Shown here one piece after another: positions 29,261-38,338 of a stretch of DNA of 64,000 nt; within the stretch, counting starts at the first letter, position 1, and every line of letters begins with the position of its first letter. Source of the DNA: Nitrospirota bacterium (lineage in GTDB: Bacteria; Nitrospirota; Nitrospiria; Nitrospirales; Nitrospiraceae); the NCBI GenBank assembly GCA_963701855.1, contig CAVPBK010000015.1, forward strand, positions 1 to 64,000, written 5' to 3'. The translations under genes and the position numbers were made by a program. The notes under the pieces are model-generated. The model saw nothing but the letters and a program-made list of their open reading frames with translations, made no database searches and was not told the origin of the DNA.

Positions 29261-29450
29261 TTAGGTATGATGCGCCTCCATCTGCCGCCAGGGAGTCCGA
29301 TGTTTCAGCATCGCATTGAGAATCGTCAGCAACTTCCGCATGCAGGCGGTGAGCGCCACCTTCTTCGCCTTTCCCACTCGCTGCAAGCGCTGATAGAAGG
29401 CCCGAATCACCGGATTGAATCGGGCGGCCACAATCGCGCCCATATAGATA
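29261..29450 (-). mobile_element. IS110-family transposase C-terminal remnant
   Basis: NPVIRAFYQRL...GKAKKVALTACMRKLLTILNAMLK; no N-terminal part present. Confidence 0.85.
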
Positions 29451-29565
29451 GAGGACGAAAAAATAAAAGGTGTCAGGAACAGTTTTCGCCTCGCCCGCGC
29501 GCACGTTGCGATCGTCGAATACTTTGAGGGTTCCTTGTGCGCGCTTTAAACTTTGAGAGGGATCT

Positions 29566-30351
29566 ATGAATAAGACACACATCGTGGCGGTAGCTGCAGC
29601 GGTGCTCTTGGTTGCGTCGGCGGCTGCGGCTGAAGTTCAAACTAGAGAAATCGAATACAAAGAGGGCGGGACGGTTCTACAGGGACTCATTGCCTGGGAT
29701 GACGCTTCGAAGGGTCTACGTCCCGGCGTGCTTGTCGTCCACGAGTGGTGGGGCCACAACGAGCACGCGCGGTATCAGGCCAAGCGACTCGCGGAGGCCG
29801 GCTACGTCGGCTTTGCGCTGGATATGTATGGGAAGGGCAAGGTGACCACGCATCCGAAGGATGCCCAGGGCTTCATGGCCGAGGTCAAGAAGGATCCGGC
29901 GGTGATCCCGGCGAGATTTCACGCGGCGCTAGAGCTGCTCAAGCAGGATCCCCACGTCTCGGTGGACCACATCGCCGCTATCGGATACTGCTTCGGCGGA
30001 GCTGTGGTTCTTGGCGAGGCGCGTTCCGGGGCCGATTTGGATGCGGTGGTCAGCTTCCACGGCGCACTCGCGACGAACAGTCCTGCGGAACCGGGTAGGG
30101 TCCGGGCTCGGGTTCTTGTGCTCACAGGCGCAGCCGATCCGTTTGTGCCGAAGGAGCAAGTGGAAGCCTTTACTCAGGAGATGAAGGCGGCGGGGGCGAA
30201 ATTCCGTGTGATCACCTATCCGGGCGTCAAACACGGATTCACCAATCCGGATGCCGGCAAGGCGGGGATGGATGCCCTCGAGTACAATGCGGAAGCCGAC
30301 AAAAAGTCTTGGGCGGCGATGCTGGAGCTGTTTAAGGAAGTGTTCCATTGA
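29566..30351 (+). CDS. Dienelactone hydrolase family protein, secreted
   Basis: HEWWG, GYCFGG, SFHG, D and HGFTNP catalytic triad; signal peptide. Confidence 0.9.
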   Translation: MNKTHIVAVAAAVLLVASAAAAEVQTREIEYKEGGTVLQGLIAWDDASKGLRPGVLVVHEWWGHNEHARYQAKRLAEAGYVGFALDMYGKGKVTTHPKDAQGFMAEVKKDPAVIPARFHAALELLKQDPHVSVDHIAAIGYCFGGAVVLGEARSGADLDAVVSFHGALATNSPAEPGRVRARVLVLTGAADPFVPKEQVEAFTQEMKAAGAKFRVITYPGVKHGFTNPDAGKAGMDALEYNAEADKKSWAAMLELFKEVFH

Positions 30352-30656
30352 AGACTCTCGTCCGCGCGCGGGAGACACTACCTTCATCGAACAGAGGATC
30401 AGATGGAGCTGACTGGAGGGACGCGGGACCATCTTTAAGAAAAACCGTCGGAAGCCGCAACTCTGTTCCTGAAAGTGGATTTTACCGATTGCATTTCGTC
30501 CGGTTAATCGCCTAGGCTATACCACGTCAACTTCTATCCCATCATTGCGAGACGCCTGCGGAGGTCAGTCCTTGTGATGATCATTCCAGCACACATTGTT
30601 TTCGCGCAAAGCATTTCTTGTCGGATGATACCCGCTATGGGCGGGGAGAGGAGGGT

Positions 30657-31079
30657 ATGATGGCTGATCTGATTCGAATCGCTCAATATTTCAAGGTGCA
30701 GATTGCGGATAAGCCCGGGACATTAGCCGGCATCCTTGCTCCGTTGCGTGAGGCCGGAGGGAATCTGATGGCCGTGCATGCCTTTCCCCGGAATCGCCGC
30801 ACACAGGTGGATGTGGTGCCGGAAGATCCTACTGCGTTCAAGAACATCGCGAAGATGCATAAGTTGAAAGTGCAGGGACCGAAAATGTGCTTGCTGGTGG
30901 ACGGGGATGATCGCCCTGGAGCGCTGGCCGATCTGACCGAGCGACTCCGCTTAGCCAAGATCAACATGACGGCGGTGACCGGCCTCGCTGCCGGCCAGGG
31001 ACGCTTCGGAGCCATTCTATGGGTCAATCCACGGGATGTGAAAAAAGCAGCCAAAGTCTTCGGCGTCGGACTGAGTTAG
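30657..31079 (+). CDS. Tandem ACT-domain protein
   Basis: DKPGTLA and DRPGALA ACT signatures. Confidence 0.75.
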   Translation: MMADLIRIAQYFKVQIADKPGTLAGILAPLREAGGNLMAVHAFPRNRRTQVDVVPEDPTAFKNIAKMHKLKVQGPKMCLLVDGDDRPGALADLTERLRLAKINMTAVTGLAAGQGRFGAILWVNPRDVKKAAKVFGVGLS

Positions 31080-31557
31080 CGACGCGCGTCCGCTATTCTG
31101 GTGAGCGCGGGTAGATAGGGTGTCGGGACTTGCAATCCAACATTGCGGCCCTTTTCCCCGCACGAAGAATCAGCCATCACGATGGTGAATGCTTTCCTGG
31201 CGGGGGAGGGCTCAATCGACTTCCCTGGCGAGCACGCCGCGCAATGTGCGGTCGTCTCAGAAGTCTTCACTCGTGTTGACAGGGCTGGAGTTGAGCCGTC
31301 GCCGCCTGTCCGTGAATAAGTCTAAGCCGAATCCCTTGTATTCGATGTCTTTGATCGGACGGTGTAGGTGCGAAGGATTGACGGACGGTGGCGTCTGTTT
31401 CTTGTCGTATGGTTCGGTTTCATCTCTCCCGTGCGGCACAGCTAACGTGTGAGTGGTAGATTCCTTCCGGATGAATTGGATCTTGTTTGATACGGTCGAG
31501 TGCCTATCGAGACCCTTATTCTCGCGAGTTGTTTTGGTTTCAATACTGATTTAAGCT

Positions 31558-31573
31558 TGGCACATCTCCTGCT
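31558..31573 (+). promoter_or_regulatory. Probable sigma54 promoter
   Basis: TGGCACATCTCCTGCT, GG-N10-GC, 45 nt before ATG 31618. Confidence 0.55.
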
Positions 31574-31617
31574 CGTGTAAGCCTTGGTAGTGCGTGCAGC
31601 CATCGTGGAGGTGTCAG

Positions 31618-32723
31618 ATGAGTGCTCAATCGTCGCGTCTCACAGACAAGACCCCGATTCTTCACCGATCAGATGGAGAAATCTGTTTCCAGGTTGATGA
31701 CGTGGAGCCGTGCACGGAACGATTGCCCGTGACGGAATTTAGACCAAAGTTGAAAAGGCTGTGGGTGGACCTCTGTTGGCTTTTAGTCATGAATCGTCTT
31801 CCACGGTTGTGTCAGGAAGTGAGGTCGGCGAGCACGGGCTGGTGAATGCGGTCCATCTTGCATTCAGCCAGCACAGACCGCTGGTGCTCACACCGGATGC
31901 CGTTTGGCTCACGCTCGCTCAGGGGTTTGCCCAGCACATCAATAATCATGCGGAAGCGCTTCGGTCCCGCTTCGTAGGCCACAAAGGCAAAATAGAGTTG
32001 AGGGTAGATGCTCAACTGCTCACTACGGCGGAGGATTGGAGCGCTGTTGTTCATCAATGGAGTGCAAATATCAGTGAGCATGTCGGCCTAGGGCTCTATG
32101 AACTGATGATTTGTAATTTCAGCACAACAACGCCGGTCGTAAAAACGGCGAGCGAGGTAGCCATGATGGACGCGTTCCAGCGGTATTTCGAATACGAGGT
32201 TCGCTTCATTTGTGGAATCCCTACTGTGACACTAAAAGGGACAGTTACTGATTGGGTCGAGATTCGAAGACGCGTTGACGTCATAGAGGGGTACCATCTT
32301 GAATGGTGGACGGACAGACTCAAGCCTCTCTGTGACGCGTTTATTGAAACGGCTAAAGGAGTTCCCTTGCGCACGTTCTGGCGGCACATCTACAGCCCTA
32401 AGGAGATATATGGGGGAGAAGCTATCACTGGCTGGCTTGCGGATCTGTTTCCGTATATTAACGACTATCGGACCGAGGCGCCCACTGTCAGAAATCCTAT
32501 CTTGGGTATTGTGCGCGAGAAACTGACTACCCAAAATGGTCTCTCGCCGAACTCTGTGCCCTCAGGCCTCTCTCAAGCTCCGTTTCTATTGAAAATGCCG
32601 CCGACCCAGGACAAACAGGAGTTGGAACTTGTTGCAGGGTTCATCGGTGTTCGGGAAAATCAGACAACAGGCCAAGTTCAGCCCGATATTGGGTGGGCTG
32701 TGTGCAAGCAAAGAAAACATTGA
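31618..32723 (+). pseudogene. DUF4419-family protein, frameshift at about 31745
   Basis: AFSQHRPLVLTPD.VWL, NFSTTT, MDAFQ.YF.Y, CGIPTVTL.GT..DW, ITGW..LFPY; N-terminus (FQVDDVE) in another frame. Confidence 0.75.
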
Positions 32724-32980
32724 TGGGAACCATTTCACCTCGTCCATGCTTGTGCGGGAGATGCGATTGCCTCGGTGGTCGTCGCCCGCGTTGACAGGTT
32801 CGGAGTCGAGCCGTCGCCTCCCCTTCGTAAGCGAGCTTCAAGCCGGATCCACGATGTTCGATGTCTTTGGTCGGACGATGCAGGTGCGGAGGACTGACGG
32901 GCTCGTGCAGCTGTGTGCAGGAAGTCCCGTCTCCACATTTTCCCATTGACCGGTTTTGCTAACTCTGGGGCGATGATCGC

Positions 32981-33211
32981 CTATATTTCGAGCTTCTGGA
33001 GCAGATTACCTACATCGAGACGTTCGCGATTGGCTCACGGATTGGGGAAGTTGCGCGGCTTCGTAAGCTGTATGGGAAAGGTCGCTGGCGAAAGCGGAAG
33101 GGGATTGCGAAAGTTCGGCTGATCGATGGGAACGTGCAGTTTGCTGAAGTGCACTGGTATGAGGCAACGGGAATTGGTCGGAAGAAATACAAGATCAAAC
33201 GATTGTTGTGA
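32981..33211 (+). CDS. Conserved small basic protein (WRKRKG/HWYEA), putative toxin; no canonical start seen
   Basis: Manual translation: YFELLEQITYIETFAIGSRIGEVARLRKLYGKGRWRKRKGIAKVRLIDGNVQFAEVHWYEATGIGRKKYKIKRLL; missed by the ORF track. Confidence 0.7.
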   Translation, partial: LYFELLEQITYIETFAIGSRIGEVARLRKLYGKGRWRKRKGIAKVRLIDGNVQFAEVHWYEATGIGRKKYKIKRLL

Positions 33212-33220
33212 GGCCGATTG

Positions 33221-33457
33221 ATGAGAAAGGCTACAGTTGCACCAGCACGATTGGTCATCTGTGTGGAGAACAAGGGCTACGCAGTGTCTCTGGAAAAGAA
33301 AAAGATCTATGTCGCGCTGGCTGATCGTCAAGCCGCGAAGCATGGCCACATGCGAGTCATTGACGAGTCCGGCGAAGACTATCTGTATCCGAAACAGTTC
33401 TTCCTACCAGTCACTTTGCCTCAGTCCATCAGAAAGGCAGTCCTGAAAGCGGCTTAA
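33221..33457 (+). CDS. Conserved small protein (RVIDESGEDYLYP), partner of the upstream gene
   Basis: C..N.GY..SLE..KIY, RVIDESGEDYLYP motif; starts 9 nt after the partner stop. Confidence 0.75.
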   Translation: MRKATVAPARLVICVENKGYAVSLEKKKIYVALADRQAAKHGHMRVIDESGEDYLYPKQFFLPVTLPQSIRKAVLKAA

Positions 33458-33640
33458 AGGAAGCCCTCATCTGCCCGATTCCGACCTCTACAGGCACCAT
33501 ATCTCCGCCGACAGCCTCATTACCTGCGATCACTCTCTGACCATTGAATCAGCACGATTGAGAAGTTATGCTGGTTTTCTCATCGCTTTACCCGCGCGAA
33601 GCGATGGCAATTCTGTCTAAGGCGCAACCGGAGGCATTGG

Positions 33641-34168
33641 ATGAAACCGGGAGAGAATGAAAAAGCCGGGCCTATCACGGATTTCCTTGTGAAAGACCAC
33701 GGGAGGCTTGAAGGGCTGCTGCAATCGGCTGTGGCTCATGCCGACCATGTGGATCAGGGAGCGTATTCTCAGTTTCGGGCCGGGCTTCTCCGCCACATCG
33801 GCATGGAAGAAAAGATTCTCATACCCGCCGCCCAGCGACTGCGAGGCGGAGAGCCGCTTTTCATTGCCTCGAAGCTCCGGCTCGATCATGGAGCACTCGG
33901 CACGTTGCTCATACCGACTCCCACGACCGCCGTCATTGCGAGTATCCGCGGCATTCTCAAGGAGCACAATGTTTTGGAGGAAGGCCCGGGGGGCTTGTAT
34001 GAAACCTGCGACGAACTAGCCGGAGCAGAAGCTGCGCAGCTTCTGGCCAAACTGAAGGCTGCACCGGAGGTGGTTGTGCTGCCGCATTCCGATACTCCTA
34101 CAGTGATGAGTACCGTACGTCGGGCGATGGAGCGAGCTGGTTATACCTTCCGCGAAGATGAAACTTGA
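33641..34168 (+). CDS. Hemerythrin-like (HHE) domain protein
   Basis: DH.RL, RHIGMEE, DH, HN..EE. Confidence 0.75.
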   Translation: MKPGENEKAGPITDFLVKDHGRLEGLLQSAVAHADHVDQGAYSQFRAGLLRHIGMEEKILIPAAQRLRGGEPLFIASKLRLDHGALGTLLIPTPTTAVIASIRGILKEHNVLEEGPGGLYETCDELAGAEAAQLLAKLKAAPEVVVLPHSDTPTVMSTVRRAMERAGYTFREDET

Positions 34169-34256
34169 GAAATTGTACGGTCGGTTTTCGAGTCTTGTAA
34201 TCCAATAATGCGAAGTTCGTCCGCACGCAGCATTGTTGTAATTCTTGAGTAGCGCC

Positions 34257-34514
34257 ATGGCCTATCTTCGATATTCACGAGACTGTGATTGGCATGTTTT
34301 CGATGAGGGCCGGACAGGTGAGTCTGAGAGCCGTCTTGCCGTGTGGCACAAGGACCATGAGGCTCAAGGTGCGTCGTATACTGTGAGCATGATTCAGAAG
34401 ATGCTGGAATTGGAAGACTACTCCGGTATCCCCGGGTACCAGCCGCACCATAAACGCATGATCCGTGAAGCCTTCGAATCCTGGCTGCTCGAGCAATCAA
34501 GTGCAGAGATCTAG
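34257..34514 (+). CDS. Hypothetical protein
   Basis: Open frame MAYLRYSRDCDWHVF..., protein-like composition. Confidence 0.55.
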   Translation: MAYLRYSRDCDWHVFDEGRTGESESRLAVWHKDHEAQGASYTVSMIQKMLELEDYSGIPGYQPHHKRMIREAFESWLLEQSSAEI

Positions 34515-34582
34515 CGCCGGTTTCGTCTCATAACCTCGTCCGCGCGCGGGATGTGTTGATGAGCCGTCTTATCGGTGTGGCG

Positions 34583-34909
34583 TTAGCTGTGGCCGGCTGT
34601 GGTTTTGAGCCGCTGCAGGATATGGTCCAATCGTTCCTGATGGGGTGAGGCGAGGGACTGAAACTCAATGCCGATCCCCTGTGCTCCGGACCAGCGCACA
34701 ACGGCGCCTTGAATGAGGATCGGGGTCTTGTCTTCGGGGATATAGAGCAGGAGATCCACCTTCATTCCCGCGAAGGCTCGAAAGGGACTTTCGAGCCGAC
34801 ATCCTTTGCGCGAGAGATCCAGCGCCTTGTCGATCTGATGAAGGCGGTGTTGGTGAATGAGGGTGCCGGAAAAAGTTGCCTGGAATCTGGGATATTGTCG
34901 CACCACCAT
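34583..34909 (-). CDS. PilZ domain protein
   Basis: RQYPR, DLSRKG, VVRW, GIEF. Confidence 0.85.
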   Translation of the reverse strand: MVVRQYPRFQATFSGTLIHQHRLHQIDKALDLSRKGCRLESPFRAFAGMKVDLLLYIPEDKTPILIQGAVVRWSGAQGIGIEFQSLASPHQERLDHILQRLKTTAGHS

Positions 34910-35341
34910 AACGAGGTTCTTTTCTGCGGCCTTGCCGCGGGATGGCCGTACGAATTCTCATTGGTGAGAGTATGCAGGTGCGGTGCCTAGTTGGAAGCCA
35001 TGGCGATCGTCTTTTCCCTCATACATATGCATGTTTGAAAGTCATTGACTCAGACAGCCCTGTTCGCTCATGAGCAGAGGTGAAGGCAAACGGAAACGTC
35101 ATGTTGACGTTGTGCGCGTGATTACGGACGAGAAGCAGAGGGCAGCGCTGATCCAAAGCAATCCGCGGTCGGACATCGCGCTGCTCCAGGCTGGAGATCT
35201 CTGTTTGAGCATGAAAAGTGTCAGTCCCTATCGAGCACTTGTTGTGGAGAAATCCATCTCACATCGACCGCGGACCTAACCCATTATCCTTCCTCCTCCC
35301 TTCCTCACTGTTCTGATCTTCCAAACCCCTTCCCCCCGGCA

Positions 35342-35359
35342 CGTAGGAATTGTCTTACG
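35342..35359. promoter_or_regulatory. GacA/UvrY-box-like inverted repeat
   Basis: CGTAGG-AATTGT-CTTACG versus consensus TGTAAG-N6-CTTACA. Confidence 0.45.
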
Positions 35360-35505
35360 GAAAGACGGCTGAATATCTGACATTAAGGCTGGACGCCATC
35401 TGATCGTGCGCCATGCTGATGTCGTGTGGAATGCCGCTATATATCTGAAGAAACAGGCAATCCTGCCTACGTGAGCATAGGTCTACATGAAAGGGAGGGA
35501 GCATC

Positions 35506-35760
35506 ATGAAGTTGGAGAAAGCACAAGAAACAGGAGAGAGGAAGCCACGCACGGTGATGTCCAATCAGACCGGTGTAACTAGGCCGATCAGCAAGACTGC
35601 GAAGCACGCGCAACCATCGTTCGACGATATGCATGCGCACATCGCCACACGGGCCTATGATTTGTACATCCAGCGGGGTTGCCGAGAAGGCTGTGCCGTG
35701 GATGATTGGCTGGATGCCGAACGGGAAATCGTGGGCCGTGAATTTCCAGTCTCGCCCTAA
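35506..35760 (+). CDS. DUF2934 domain protein
   Basis: IATRAYDLY..RG...G...DDWL.AERE; RBS GGGAGG. Confidence 0.85.
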   Translation: MKLEKAQETGERKPRTVMSNQTGVTRPISKTAKHAQPSFDDMHAHIATRAYDLYIQRGCREGCAVDDWLDAEREIVGREFPVSP

Positions 35761-36136
35761 TCAGGGAAAGGAGACTCACTGTGATCCCTACATAGACGGT
35801 GTGTTCGCGGTGATCGCCTATCCGGCACACTAAGGCGTCTCAGGCACTATGGGTTTCTGGTCGATCCAGACAGAGTGGGCCACGAACAGAATGTGGGCTT
35901 GAACACTACGGCGGTCGTCTTCACGATAACCACCTTCAATTCCGGCGAGAGCTGGATACAGGCACCCCTTCTCACCAACGCTTGTTCACAGTGAGCTCAA
36001 GGCTCTTTGTGGATTGATCGAGCAACATTGCTCTTCTAAAGTGCGAGCGACGACGGAGCGTGGCTGGCGGGTCCAACGTCTCCGACTCCCTCCGCGATTG
36101 TCATGGAATACACGGCGAACTATCAGAAAGGGATAT

Positions 36137-37297
36137 ATGACAGGTTGCCACGTTCACAGAGGGTATCTTTTCCCCTGGTTAGTTGTCTGTCTGGTGCTGG
36201 CCGTTTGGGTGGGGAGTCCCCGGCTTCTCGCGGCTGCTTTGGTCACGCAGGAAGAAATGAATAGCGTGCGGGTCTACAAGCAGATGGCAAAATCCACCGT
36301 TCTGATCGCCTCAGCCTATGTCAGCGCCCATCACGTCGCCCAGGCATCGGGGAAAGGGTTGGCATCGGGTGTCTTGATCGACGAGCATGGCTCGATCGTA
36401 ACCAATGCACACGTTGTGGCAGGGGCGGCCAACATCACGGTGACATTGCACGATGGAACTCGTCTTCCGGCAGAGCTGATCGGAAGCGATCCGCAATCGG
36501 ATGTTGCGCTGCTCCACGTGACACTTCCGAAGGGGCCGTATACCCCTGCTCATCTGGGTGATTCAGACAAGCTGGAAATAGGCCAGAAAGTCCTGGCGAT
36601 TGGGCATCCTTTTGGATTGGGCTATGCATTTTCGACCGGCATTGTGAGCGGATTCGGCAAACTATTTGAGACCAAGCAAGAAGTATTTCAAGAGCGTGTC
36701 ATACAGACCACGACGCCGATCAACCCCGGCAATAGCGGCGGGCCGCTGGTCGATTCCGAGGATCGTGTGATCGGAATCAACGCGTCCATTTTGGCCGGCG
36801 CTCAGAATATCGGATTCGCCATCCCGATCAATACGGTCAAATCCATCGTCGCGGAACTACGCAAGAATGGCCGTGTGATTCGTCCCTGGCTCGGCATCAA
36901 AGGTAAACTTGTGACCGATGAATTGCAAAACTTAATTGCGCTTCCGCTACCCAGCGGCTTACTCATCATCGATGTGGACGATGGGAGTCCGGCTGAGGCG
37001 CTCGGGCTCCATGCCGGCAAACTGGATGTCATTATCGAGGGAGAGCCGTGGGTCTTGGGCGGCGATATTATCGTCGCAGTCAATGGGCAAGATGTGAAGA
37101 CCGGCGAGGACTATGGCAAGATGTTCCAGCAGCTGAAAGCCCAACAGCTCATTGAGATCACGGTGTCCCGAGACGGCGTAAAGCGCACGATGAGCGTCAC
37201 GCTGGGGGAGCGCCCGACGCCGTCCGGCTCCCTAGAACATCCCAAGTTCGAGGTGCCTCCTGTCGTCCCACAGGGGCTGAACTTTGTGCCGTTTTGA
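36137..37297 (+). CDS. HtrA/DegP-like serine protease with PDZ domain
   Basis: TNAHVV, SDVALL, INPGNSGGPL triad; C-terminal PDZ. Confidence 0.9.
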   Translation: MTGCHVHRGYLFPWLVVCLVLAVWVGSPRLLAAALVTQEEMNSVRVYKQMAKSTVLIASAYVSAHHVAQASGKGLASGVLIDEHGSIVTNAHVVAGAANITVTLHDGTRLPAELIGSDPQSDVALLHVTLPKGPYTPAHLGDSDKLEIGQKVLAIGHPFGLGYAFSTGIVSGFGKLFETKQEVFQERVIQTTTPINPGNSGGPLVDSEDRVIGINASILAGAQNIGFAIPINTVKSIVAELRKNGRVIRPWLGIKGKLVTDELQNLIALPLPSGLLIIDVDDGSPAEALGLHAGKLDVIIEGEPWVLGGDIIVAVNGQDVKTGEDYGKMFQQLKAQQLIEITVSRDGVKRTMSVTLGERPTPSGSLEHPKFEVPPVVPQGLNFVPF

Positions 37298-37436
37298 TGT
37301 AGTTCGAGGGACACAAGAGCGGTGCGCGATCAAGATCAAGATACCGAAGACCAGGAGCTTTTCACGGGAGATCGGTCACAGTGCGTAACGCATGATCGGA
37401 GTAGGGGCAACTCCTAGTTTACCCGCAGAAGAAATC

Positions 37437-37929
37437 ATGAGCCCTGTGGGAATCGGTTCAATCGTGTTTGTGTGTATCTTCGGCAGCGCGATGCTCGGAC
37501 GTTATCTTCGCACCGTGCTGCCAGACCATCACCTGACCGATGATCCAATGCGTGTCGTTACGCTGAGTACCGGCCTGATCGCGACGTTGGTTGTGATGGT
37601 GCTGGGCTTGCTGATCTCTTCTGCAAAGACCTTCTTCGAAAGTATCAACGAGGAGGCCACGCAGAACGCCTCCAAGGTCGTCCTCCCAGACCGTGCCCTA
37701 GTTAATTACGGGCCGGAGGCGAAGGAAACCCGCGAACGGCTCCATCATATTCGTTGGGCCCGGTGTACACGGGCCCAACAACTCAATCGTCTTGGCGACT
37801 TTGTTCGCCTCCGCGCTGTCGGTCTCCGGCGCGGTCTTTCTGATCGAAGCGTTGGATCATCCGCTCGATGGGTTGATGCAGGTCTCCAGTGCTCCGTTGC
37901 GCAACGCGCTCGCCCAGCTTAGGCAGTAG
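37437..37929 (+). pseudogene. DUF4239/bestrophin-like membrane protein with internal deletion and frameshift
   Basis: N-part LPDHHL..GLIATL..VLGLLISSAK..DRAL..YGPEA joined at about 37742 to out-of-frame C-terminus ALSVSGAVFLI..LDHP.DGLMQVSSAPLRNALAQL. Confidence 0.7.
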
Positions 37930-38338
37930 ATGCTTATTCGCCAGGCTCTACGTACAACGGCTGAATCGCGACGCAATTGCGCGTAGATCTCGAAGAGAGC
38001 GACCCAATTGGGATAATTTCTCGGTCGGGTATTGAGGCGACGGGCGGGTGTTGGCTGCTGCATGACCAGGTTGAGCAGGAGCCAGGATTATCTGGACCGC
38101 GCTAGTGTGTGTAGATCACAATATGTCCAGGGCTGGTGAGAATGCGGCGTATTTCCATGGCGGTTGTCGCCACTCTTCCCACATTCTACTAAGGAAACGC
38201 ATCGATGCTTGAACGGATGATCATCGGTTCGCATACGCAGCGGCTCTTGGTCTGCTTCGCTTGGCTCGTGCTGATGTGCAGCGAGTTCTACACGTTTCGC
38301 TACATTGTATGCCGGTCACCCTGGCAACTGGGTTCAGC

